A stretch of DNA of 64,000 bases from a virus. Location: positions 14,042-78,041 of the IMG/VR virus record IMGVR_UViG_3300042453_003986, one strand, 5' to 3'. Under the pieces are notes generated by a model. It was not told where the DNA came from. It was given only the letters and a program-made list of their open reading frames with translations, and made no database searches. The translations under genes and the position numbers were made by a program. Positions 21,801 to 33,800 of the stretch are shown one piece after another. Positions within the stretch are counted from its first letter, which is position 1. Each line of letters opens with the position of its first letter.

Positions 21801-24800
21801 AGCGCTGCCTGCAAACATTTTACTACCAGCTAGCGCGCCTATTGTGGCATTGGTGAGCATACCGCCGCCGACCGCAGTGCCGACAGATCCCGCAGTACCT
21901 CCGATACCCCCAAAATAAGTCTGCATGTAGTATGCTCTCTTAACTTCATCAGATATAACCGGAAGTCCTCCAAGACCTGCTTTTGCAGCGGCTTCGTTTA
22001 CTACGCCAATGCCTTGATCAGCTACAAAACTAGCAAAGCTGTTGACTGCTTGGTTGTCAGTCATTGCTCCGGCAATACCTCGCGCGATAAGCTCTGAATT
22101 TATCATTTGCCCTTGTTCGTTGTAAACAACAGCTAGCGTACGTCCATACTTATCAAAACCCCCAGCCTCGTACGTAATGTTTTCATTCTCTCTTAAACCA
22201 ACTTCTACTGCTTTAGACATTGCCTTTATAGCTGCTTTTGATCCAGTTTCCGGTGCGTCAATTCCAACTAAACGCACTCGTTCTCCGCTAGTAGTACGGA
22301 ACGTATCTAAGTCAGTAACTTTACCTATTGTTGCTCTCTTTAACGAGGCGCCTGAGCGCGACGCACTCTCAACTCCCGACGCAATTAAACTACCAACAAG
22401 AAAAGTTGAAGGAGAAGCCAGCGCCGTAAGAATTCCCGGTCTAAATGCCCCGCCCGCTCCTCGTGCTACTTCGTCTATCATTGCTTTTTCAGCATCCGCC
22501 TTTAACTCTGTAAACCTGTCTGACTTAATCATTTGCTCGTAGCTCATGCGATTAGTGGGAAGAAGTTTGCGCTGATTTACAAACTCTTGGTAGGAAGCGT
22601 AGTCCCCACCCATGTCACGAGAAGCTTGCATAAGAGCTTGCTCAGTCGTCATGCCCTTAAACAGCCGATTAGCTTGAGCCATGTTTCGAAACTGAACGCG
22701 TTCTTCAGGTTTCATATTTTCTAAAAGACGGTACGGAGAAACTAAAGGAGTAACTCCAGTAGTTTTTTGGTAGCTTGCGGCTGCTAAGGCAATTTCGTCG
22801 TTAGCTTCCTGAAGTACTTTATCTACCTGCCGCGTAAAAGTAGACAAATCCGGAGCGTACATGTCTACGTCAGCAAGTTTAGAAAGTGCTTTTGAACCGG
22901 TAAACTTTAAACCTTCATCTCGCATTAGGTTAATGGTGCTGGTGTCGGCCATCTCACCTAAAACCGAACTAGGTCCTAGAATCGATTCTAACAAGGGTGT
23001 TGCAACTCCAACTGCAAACTCTGAAACTTTAATTCCCATCGTTTCGAGACGACCCAGCATTTTGTCGTACTGTGCAGCTCTTGAGTTTGCTGCTTCGTTA
23101 ATTAGTTGGTCAGTCACCCCCATTTGTGCAAGAACTTCATCTAGTTTATCCAGCATTTCAGTAGCGTTACCTATGTCAATTTTAGACAAGGCAGACCGGT
23201 TAATTTCAAACCTGCGTGAAAGCGACGCAACATTACCAGACAAGAACTCTTTAATAGCAATGCTCGCCCCCTCCATGCCTTGTGCAGGGTCAAAAGCCGC
23301 CAACTTTCGGGCTACGTTTACTACTTGACTGATGTCTACACCGTAAGCATTTGTAAGCGGAATAAACGAAGTAATATTGCCGATGTTAGACGTCAGGGAT
23401 CCTCCGAAAAGAGCCTGCTGTTCTGAAGCGGCAGCAACTGCCTTGTTAAACACTCCTTGATCACGCGACAAACCCCTAAGAGACGTCATACTTCGTACAG
23501 CGTTTAATGCCGGAGAAGCTGCTTGATCAATTATTCCAGCAATCGTACTGGGTAAACTTAACGCGCTCATCGCCGTCATACCAAGCGTTTGAATATCCCT
23601 GATGCGCGATGCGGCAAAAAACAATGGATCGGCAAAAGGAGTTTGGTTTCTTGTTTGCTGCGTGCGGCTCATCACGTTCTGCAGCTTTTGCAGTTCTTCG
23701 AGACCGATAGGTGCACCCGCGTTACCTAAGTCTTCTTGCAGACGCTTAAGGTCCTCGGCGCTAGCTTCAATAAGGTCAATTCTTCCACCATTTTCAGTAC
23801 GAGCTTGAAACCGCATTGAGCGATCATTGTACATAATGTCCGCGCCTGCTTGCCCAAATCTTTCTTGTGCGTACTCTTTAAGCAACCTTCGTTGAGTAGA
23901 ATCGCGCCGTAAACCAAAGAATCCCGGCCGACCTGCTGCCGCTTGTAGCTGCTCTTCCAGCACACTCATACGCTTACGTTCAGTAGCTTCAATAACTCCA
24001 GCAGTAGGTTTAATGTAGTCAGTCTGCGATGCTCTAGATGTAAATAAAGTCAGAGCGGACATTGCACTTTGTTTTTCCGCGTCAGTAAGTGTAGTACTTG
24101 CGGTAACTCGTTCTTGTAAATCAGCCGCAACTTTTGTTAGCTTTGCAAATGCAGTAGCTGCTTCAGTCAGGTTTGCGTCGTCAGCAGCTTGATTTAGCTG
24201 ATTTAACGCAGCTGTAAATTCACGGACATTATCTGGTTCTGCTGACGCAAGACCAGACACAACAGTACTTAGTGCATCAAGTTCAGTCGTGTCTCTTAAC
24301 GCGTCAACAGTGGTTTTAATTAACTCAGCGCGGCCTACAGCAAACGTCTGTCCGTTAAGCTCACCACCTGCAAGATCAAAAGCAGTTCGAGCTGATCCAA
24401 GAACACCTTTTGCAGTTAGCATTGCGTTTTTTCGAGACTCGTTGGCTACTATGTCTCGCTTTCGCTTGTCGGCTTCATCAACGCGTGCTGCTTCTCGAGC
24501 AGCTGCCTCATCTTCCCGTGCTTTGTTTCGCGCTGCGTTATCAATGGAAGTTTGATCTTTTGAAACAGCAGTCAACGTATAGTAACCCTGCTCTCGTGCA
24601 GATTGCACTGTGCGGTTTAACCCGTCTATTTCAGACTTAGCCGCTTTAGCCACATCTTCCGGAAGAGTCGACGTGTCTAAAGTGTCTACATACTGCTTAA
24701 CTAGCCCTGCTATTGCTTCTAGTCGACTACCGAAATTTGCTGCTACAGCGGCTTCGTTAGCAGGGTCGATCATCTCATCGATGGCCGATTTTAAAGCCAC

Positions 24801-27800
24801 TCGAGGTGCTTCAGCAGCGGTGCCCGCAGTGTACTTGTCAGTCTGCAAAACGTCTGACTGTATCAGTCTAAGCGACTCTTTAATAAAGTCGCTGGTTTGT
24901 TGCTTAAGCTGTTGCTGAGCAGCAGCATCATCAAGCCCCGCGAATTGTCCTCGGCGTTCTTGAAAGTTGTTGCGCAAAACGCTGAGTTCGTTTTCTCGTG
25001 CGAGTAATGCAGGGTTTTTGCCGTAGTAGCCGCCACCGCCTCCTCCTCCAAAACCACCACCGCCAAAAACTGCTCCGGGAGCAGATTGAATATTTTGCCG
25101 CGCAACTGAACCAGCGTGGTAATTTTCTATTGTAAGTGGAGAACGGCTTTTAGATGAAACAGCTTCTTTAGTAAGAATTTGCTTAACTTCAATAGACCCC
25201 AACGATGCACCTGAATGTAAACTTAAGTTTACATTTGTTGCGTTAATTGTAGCTTTTTCAATAGAAGCAACTTCTAGATTTCTAGCGTCTAAATTAGTAA
25301 TTGTTACAGGGCCGCTAAACTCAGCACCGCCACTAATTGTTGCAGAGACTGCTCCGCCACCGCCACCACTTCCGCTTCCGCTGCTTCCAGAACCTACGGA
25401 CTCGGCACTCTCGTGTTTTTTACGCGATTCTTTTCCTGAAGCTCGAGGTTTACGTGTTCTTGTGGAAGTTATCTCTCCGGCCATTTCGGCCACAGCTTTA
25501 TCGTCTAAAGTGGACTCTACTACAGTTACAGAAGATTCAGGTGTATCGGAAACACTAGCTACGGAGGGCTCGCTTACAGCTAATTTTTCTTCTTCATACG
25601 CTTCTTTTTTAGTGGTGATAAGCTCAAGCGCAGAAACAGCTTCGCTTTTTTCTGCAAAAGCCGCCTCTTTTTCTGCAGTTGCTGCAGTTACCACGGTCTC
25701 CATTTCTTTAAGTGTTTGCTCAGCCTTGCGTAAATTATCTTCCCCGTGCGCAACCTTTGCATTGATGCTGATTAACCTGCTGGGGTATTTTGCATATCTC
25801 CTAGTCATCCAATCTTTTATTTTTTGCACTCTAGCCACGTAGGCACTTGCATCGTTGACCGCTTGTTCTTGACGTTTTAGTTCTTCACTACTTTGGGTTG
25901 CTTTTTCTTCAGCAATACCTATTAACTCATCTGCGCGAAGCACCCTTTCTGCAGCGGCTCCCCTTTCCCCAGTCAACGTTGCTTTTGTTATGTCTACTCC
26001 AGAAACTTCTGCTGGTTTTCGCTCAGTACTCGGTCGAGCAGTTATTGTGGGTGCTGTCGCATCTGTCAAAGCACTTGCTAGGACAGCGGCTCCTGCTGCT
26101 GCGGGTGTAGTAACCTTATCCATGTCGCCATGTGCGGAGAACGATCCCCAGCGAGACAGCAAGCTTCTAAGAGCCGCCGGGTCTAAGCTCATATCTGCCG
26201 CACCTACTAAACTGCGAAGGTATGAAAACGCTTCAGTTGTATAGCGAGAAGCTCCTACACCAGCCGGTCCTTTTCCGACGACGCTACCAGCTACAGAGTT
26301 AAACAAGTTGTATACAGTGTCTAAACTACCATCAACACGGTAAGGATCAAACATCGAGGTAACTTTAGCGGCCTCGTCTTGCATTCTTCTTAATTCTTCA
26401 GGGCTTATTTCTGTGTCAAGCGTATGGCCGAACATAGCAAGCACGCTTTTTATGTAGTTTTGATCGGTAATCGGCCGATTCTCGCTGTCAAATAGCTGTA
26501 ACTCACCTTTTCCGCTTATACTCGCAGTTTTTAGTGCGTCTAATCTACGCGCATGTGCTAGCATGTATGCTAAGTTTGCTGAGGTTTGTTTTACTTTATC
26601 TGTTGCATATCCTCTACGAGCGGTAACTAACGGCTGAAGTAATTTCTTTTGCTCATCAGTCAGCTGCGACTGAGCAAAAAATCTTTTTAACATGTTTTTA
26701 GAAAACTGGTCGGCGTTGCTTTTTTGCTCTTGCTGCGCTTTTACCAGCTCGTGATACAAACGCACATTTAAATCAGTGTCGTAAGCAGCTTCGTGAAGCC
26801 GGGTAGGATCATACTCTAATCCAAACAGTGTAGCTAAACTTCCCAATGTGCGTGATCCGGGCAGCTGTAGCTCATTAGCCATCTGCAGCGTATCTACTGC
26901 TTGATTTTGTACGATTGTCGGCACATTTTCAGCACCGCCGAATAAAATAGGTAAGTCAAACTCTTTAATGTTATGCCCAACAATTGTTTTACCGCTTTCC
27001 GCCGATCGTTGAAGGCGACTTCGAGCTTTCTGTATTTCTTTGGCACTAAGAGCAGGTCCTTCTTTTGACCCCATAGTAGACTGAACTTCAGTTGCAAAAG
27101 CACCAGTCGCTGTTTTACCTCCACCGACTGAAGCAAACTCGAGAATTTGTGCAGTTTCTCCGGGTTTCGGTATAGTAGTTTCTAGGTCAAACCCTACAAC
27201 GTCGATTACTGCTGCAATTCCCGCATCTATAGTATCTCGTCTTTCTTTACGTGCTGCATCTTCTCTGTCTCGCTGTTTTTTAATCACGTTATCTAGCTCA
27301 TCTTGCTTTTTTTTAGTTAACTCATCGTTTTTGTCTCGTCTTTCTTTACGTGCTGCATCTTCTCTGTCTCGCTGTTTTTTAATCACGTTATCTAGCTCAT
27401 CTTGCTTTTTTTTATCTAACTCATCTATATTATCTCGTCTTTCTTTACGTGCTGCGTCTGGCTCGTCTCGTCTTTCTTTACGTGCTGCATCTTCGCTGTC
27501 TCGTTGTTCTTTAAGCGCTGCGTCTTCTTTATCTCGTTGGCTTTTAATTGCCGCGTCTAGCTCATCTTGCTTTTTTTTATTTAACTCATCGTTTTTGTCT
27601 CGTCTTTCTTTAATTTCTGCGTCTGACTCGTCTTGCTGTTCTTCTGCGGCTAAGCGCGAAACTAAAGCGTCTCCCACTTGTTTTTGTATTTTTTGGGCTT
27701 GACTTACTGTGCGGTTCATCTCCTCCTTGGATGCCTGTGCTTTTTGATAGTCTTCCAGTGTTCCCCCGAAAAGGTGGACTTCTCCTACTATTTTTGATGC

Positions 27801-30800
27801 AGCATCGTATTGCTTGTCAAGCTGATCGAGCTCTGCTAGAGCGCTTTCTACTTCAGGCGGAATTTCTTCTCCTATATAAAACCTTTTTAGGTATTCTGCA
27901 AAGTAGTGTGGATTGGCCCATGTTGTTTGTATGTCTTCGCCCGAGGCCTGTACTTCTAGTGCTAGTGCTTTCATTTTACTTTTTTCTTTACGTGCTGCAT
28001 CTTCTCTGTCTCGATATTCTTTAAGTGCAGCTTTTCTTTCGTCTCGTTTTTCTTTACGTGCTGCGTCTTCTTCGTCGCGTCTTTCTTTAATTTCTGCATC
28101 TTCTTTATCTCGTTGGCTTTTAAGTGCTGGTTCTTCTTTATCTCGGTATTCTCTAAGTGCAGCTTCTCTTTCGTCTCGTCTTTCTTTACGTGCCGCGTCT
28201 TCTTCGTCGCGTCTTTTTTTAATTTCTGCATCTTCTCTATCTCGGTATTCTCTAATCGCTGCTTCTTTTCTGTCTCGTCTTTCTTTACGTGCTGCATCTT
28301 CTTCGTCTCGTCTTTTTTTAATTGCTTTATCTAGCTCGTCTTGCTTTTGTTTAGTTGCAGCAGTTCTGCCGCTTGTTGAGGCTGCAGAAGTGCCACTTCT
28401 TCTTTTATCAGCGGCAACTTCTGCCGCAGCTATTTGCACTGCGTCAGTAATTTGCGCTTCTTGCATTCCTTTACCAATTTCACTCGTAGCTAAAGCTAAG
28501 CCCGGGTTTGTTTCTTCCTGAAGTACTGCAATAGCTTCGTTAATAATTGCACGGTCCGCAGCGGGCAAACTTGCAATAGCCCGATCTAGAGCTCTGCCTG
28601 AAGTTCGCGGGTTCATTATCATAGCAAGCGCTTGGAAAGAAGCGGGATCAGTTAGTTCCGCAATTGAAGCAAGCAAGTTACGGATGCGCACATCTTTTGC
28701 AATCATTTCTGGTTTGTCACCAGTCAGGTTGTAGTCTTGCGGCAAACTTGCGTACAAAATCTTTAAAAAGTCAACAAGCGGTTCAGCACTAGGTTGATTG
28801 GTTACTAATTGATGAGCTTTGCGTATTTGTGCGTTTCGCTCGTACTTTCGGTATTGCGAATAGTCTGCCTGCTCTTGCATAGTAAGGCTATCGCCGCGAC
28901 TTTTCTTTGCTTGTAGCATTTGAAGTGCACGTCTGTTTTCAGCCTCGTCAAAATTCTCTGGTAAAGCGTAGTCGCTTTCTCTAGCTCTTTGGAGGTAAGA
29001 AGCAAGTGCCTGCGTAGTAAACTCACGGTCTGCTTCTGTAGGACCCACAGCTTCTTGCTCGGCCATGTCTTGCTTTAGCAACAACGTATCAAATAAAGCA
29101 TTCATTTTTTCATCGTCATAGTCAAGGTCAAAGCGCAGTTGCTGATAAAGAGGAGACGAAGTAATAAGACGAGTCAGCAGGCGTGCTGCTTGCGGACTGC
29201 TAGTTTCTTTCCTTTGCCTGTACAACCCTAACAACGAATCTTTAGGGTTAATGTTCAACTGTGAATAAAGATACTGCCTTCTTCTAAACAAGCTAGTGCG
29301 CAGTCTTTCTGCAGCTACGCGCGAAACTAACGCGTCTCCCGCTTGTCTAGGTATTTTTGCAGCTTGAGCTTTTAAGCTTTCAATCTGCTGGTCGATTGTT
29401 TTTAAAGCAGTGTTTACTACCTGTGGATCTTCTTGCTCCGCTTCTTTTTCTAGTTGCATTAAGTAGCTTATTTTAGCGTGATAGTCTGCATCTGCAGGAA
29501 CAGTGCCCGCACGAGCTGCTTCTCGCAAATCTGCTAACTCTCTTCTAATTTTTTCTAAACGAACAGGAGCAGCAGAAGCCGCTATGCTTTTTCTTTCCTG
29601 TAATTTAGCTTCAACCTGCTCTTGAAGCTGTGCTAACTCTGTTTGAGCGCTTTCTAGTTCAGGTGGAATTTCTTTTCCTGTAAAAGACTGACTTAATGCT
29701 GTCGCGATGTCTTTTGGTTCTGTACCCTCTACTCTCGCAACCCATTCGTTTGGTAGTTTATAGTAGTCAATGCCTACTACAGGGTAAGATACTGATCTTT
29801 TTGTATCATCCCTTTTTTCTTCTGCAAGTTTTTTGCTATGCTTGAGAAGCCCGGTGTAGTGTTGGCGTTGAATCTCACCCAGTGCGTACTGCCTTTCATG
29901 TTCTATCGACTTTGCGTTGATTTCGGCTTGTCCGAGCTCGAGCTTAAGTGGCTGAAGGTCCATAGAGACGTTAAACTTGTCGTAGTCTGTTTCTGTATCT
30001 TGGCCCTCTCTATTTTCTATAGCTGCTATCTGGGTTTTAAGACTTTGTATTTTTTCGTTAACTGGAGAAATTTCTTCATCTGCTGCTTTATTGACTTGAT
30101 CTTTTTTCTTTTTTGCTTGAGTTTCTATTTCGTTTATTTCGGTTTCATACGCGTTTATTTCAGCTTCTAGCTTTAGTATGTCTTCTTTAGCGGACTGGAC
30201 TTCCCAAGACGTGCTCGAGTCCTTAGGAAGCTCAGCAAGTTGTTTTTGAGCTGCTTTAGAAGCTTCTGCGGCACTGTACGACGTGTCACCAAACAATAAA
30301 GTGTCTAAATCAAACGCAGAGCGACGGTATGTTTGATCAGAAACCTCAACGCTACGTACCATTCGTGCAAGTGGCGTACCTTTAATAACTTCTTCAACAA
30401 AGTCGTCAACTGCGTAAGAATCACGCATTTCTGCTTGAGGATCAAAGCTAAGGGCTCCTTGTGCTTCAAATCCTTCTGAAGCTCGTCCGTAGAAAACCGA
30501 GCTTTCTTGTGCGTACTGAGCCGCGCGGATTCTTCGCTCTTTTTCCAACTCTAAAAACTTATCGTATTTACCTCGTTCTTCTTCAGTAAGCGTCTCTGCT
30601 CTTTTAAATATTTGCTCTGCCAGCTTCTCTTTTTCTTTACTGTCGGTTTCATAAAAAGCTCGATTATGTAATTGCTGCAGCTCTGCAGGTATGGCACTTT
30701 CCGCATCTTGGTATTCTATTTTTCGCCGCATGCGTGCGAGAAAATCGTCAGTACCGAAACCCTCGTCAAGACCTACATCAGAAAACCTGTATTTATTAAA

Positions 30801-33800
30801 GGCTTCTTCACGAATAGCCAGCTCAGTGCCTAGCTGAGCTCTTTGTTGACTAGATAAGTCATCTCTGCTTAACTGAGCGCGCAACCGCTCAATAGGTGCC
30901 ATTGGTCGTTCTTCGTCATCTATAGCAAGTTTTGTGCGCTTAATTTGGTCCTCAAGGTAGGTAATTGACGCTTGAGTAGCGCCGTTTACGCGCAACACGG
31001 CCAATTGATCTTGTAAGTTTCGCAGCTCGAGCAGTCGTTTTTGCTTTTGAGCTGTCCGGCGTTCAGGGAAAACACCTACTGCTTGCCGAAGCTGCTCACC
31101 AGCTGCCTGTGCGACTGGATACCGCTGCTGCGCCAGCTCTTCAATAGTTAATGGAGCTTGCTCTTGTTGTCTGCGGACTTCAGCTAATTGATCTTGTGTG
31201 CCAAGTATAGCTGCCATGAAGTCTAACGGAGATTCAGCCATCTCAGCCGCCGAAGCGCCGCTGGCTAAATACGTTAAACCTTGTACAAATGTATTATTTG
31301 GGTTGTTTAGTTCCTCTGCAGAGAGCATTTTATACGTTTTTGACAGCTGTAAAAACTCAGGTGCCACTGTGTCTGATTCTAATATTTTACGAGCTTCTTC
31401 AGGAGAACCTACGCCAAGCACACCGCTAGCATACTGCGTGTATGCTGCTTGCAGCATTGGGGAAATAGCCTGAAGAATACCGCGCATTCTTTCCACAGTA
31501 GAATCTTTTTTAGAAGCCGCCGCAAGACCCTCTCGTGCACGAGAACTGTTCAACACTTGTGCAATACCGGGTGCTACTTTAGCAATTTCTTCAAGTAAAA
31601 AAGGCACTTCTTTAGCAGGCACTGAAGACAGTGATTTCACGATACCTAGCAACGGCAAGTCTCGGCGGCCTACGTCGGTCATCGCATAAAAAAGTGTTTG
31701 CAGGTTATTTAAAGTCATCTGCGGATTTGTTGCGTAAGCTTCCCGAGCTCGCGTAACGTCAAAATTCCCGCTCTCGTCTAAATAAGCACTGGCAATTTGC
31801 GCGGCGGGTAGACTTCCTCCAGCAGAACCTCTCTGCACACCTAGTCCAAAGTAATCAGAAAAAAACTCTAGAGCGGCATACGGTTGGCCTCCAGCTGTGC
31901 GCTCTCGAGCACGCTCAAATCCTTCTATACCCAATCCTTTAATTTTTGCGATTGGGTCGGCTGTTCTCCCGTCCTCTGAGGTGTAACCCGCCAGTGCATT
32001 TTCAAGGTACACTGCGCTGCTTTGCGTTTCGTAAGGACGTTCTCTTCCCGCTAATCCTTGTTCTTGAAGATTTTGAAGCAGACCAGCTGCATAGTCTACA
32101 ATTTCTGGTGCTGCCGCAGGAAACGGAGTAAAAACGTGACTTCCATACAGTGTCGCTAAAGCAGTGTCGATGCTAATACCCTCTCCTGACTGCACTCCGG
32201 TGACAAGGTAAGCGCGCTCTTGTGGGCTGGTCTCGCTTGATGTTATTTTTCTTACAAAGGCTATTTGGTTTTTTACCTCTCGAGCACGATGGTTTAACAA
32301 CGCTCGAGATTCGCCGCTAGCTGCCTGTACAGCCTCTCTTTCAAGTTTTACACTCTGTCGTTCTAAATCCTCTAAAAGGCGCTGTATAAACAATTGAGCA
32401 GGAGTAATTTCAGTGTCCTTTGAAGATTCTCCAAAAAGCTGTGCAACAAATTCTTCTGGATCCGCACTTACATCTCCGTTTTGTACATAATTATTGATAA
32501 GTTCCGCTGCGTACAGGTTACTGACTTGCTGCACTCCTCCAGCGCCGCCAAACATGCTTGTAAACGACTTTCCAGTAATTCCACCACCGAGCACGCCCGA
32601 ATATGTAGAGGCTCTTTTTGTAGCTTGCACAGCTGGAGCAAACTGCTCTGCAAGAGCGCGAGGTAGCTGCACTGCTTTACCTCCAACGGAAACAGTTACT
32701 ACGTCTTTTTTCTCGATCTGCTCTTGTACTATTTTTCTTAACTGGGTAGTAGCAGCTTCTGCACTAAGAAGAAACTGAGTCGGAAAAACTGCACTACTTT
32801 GGAATCCAGTAATTTGAGAGCCTACTTTAGTGTCAATACCCTGTGCTTCTTGCCTGTATCGTCTACGCGGATTTAAGTTTTGAACAAACGATTCTATTGC
32901 CCTAAATGTGCTAGAAAATCGCTGAGTAATTGCAGAATTTACTTCGTCAGTATGGTCTGTATCGGTGGAGAGGTACACTGTTGCTCGTCCGTCGTCAGAC
33001 AAGATGTCCTCGAGTCCCACTTTTAACGTCTGCTCAACTTGGTTCACGCCTTGAGGAGGGAGAGTCCGTCCAGCTGCAGTCAATCGTTTAGTGTTTACGA
33101 CTGCTTGACGTAGGATTTTACGAAGCCGGTTTCCTACATTTTCTGTAAGCTTGACTACTGCACTGGCCGTTCCTCCAACTAGCTGTGGAGCTGTCATTCC
33201 CCCGCCCTCTAAAGCATAGCCGATTGAAGAAAGCATTGTCGAAGCTATTTGTTTTAACAGTGCAGAAATTTGCTCTTGTACATCTTTTTCGTCAGGCGCT
33301 TCTTTAAACGTTTCTTTAATCGCATTTTTAAGCACTGTTAAGTCTGCCGTTGCTACTGCTTTGTACAAGGAAGGCTGCTCTGCTTCAGGTACTGTAGTTA
33401 AGTAATCTTTCAACAATGCGGCAAACGTTTCATAGTCTTTAGAACTATTTCGCAAGCTTGGAGAAAACCCAAAAACGCGCCTAAACAAAGAGTTGTCTAT
33501 TGAAAAGTTGGAAGGACGTTCCGAATAAATAAGCGGGACTGGTCTTTCTGCGGGCGCATCAGTGCTTTCCGTTTCTTTATAAAACCGACTGCGTCTGCTT
33601 GACGGTGCTGTAGATTCGGTTGGTCGTTCGGTGATTCTACGCGTGTCGGTTACCTCGCTCATCGAAGAAGCAGCCGTTTTTAAATCTCGCGTTACAGCCT
33701 GCACCATACTTTGGATAGTTCTAAGAGTATCCGCACGATCAGCTGGTGTAATAGCGTTGTTTCGAACGTCGTCCACAAACTGCTCTAACGCAAAAACAGC

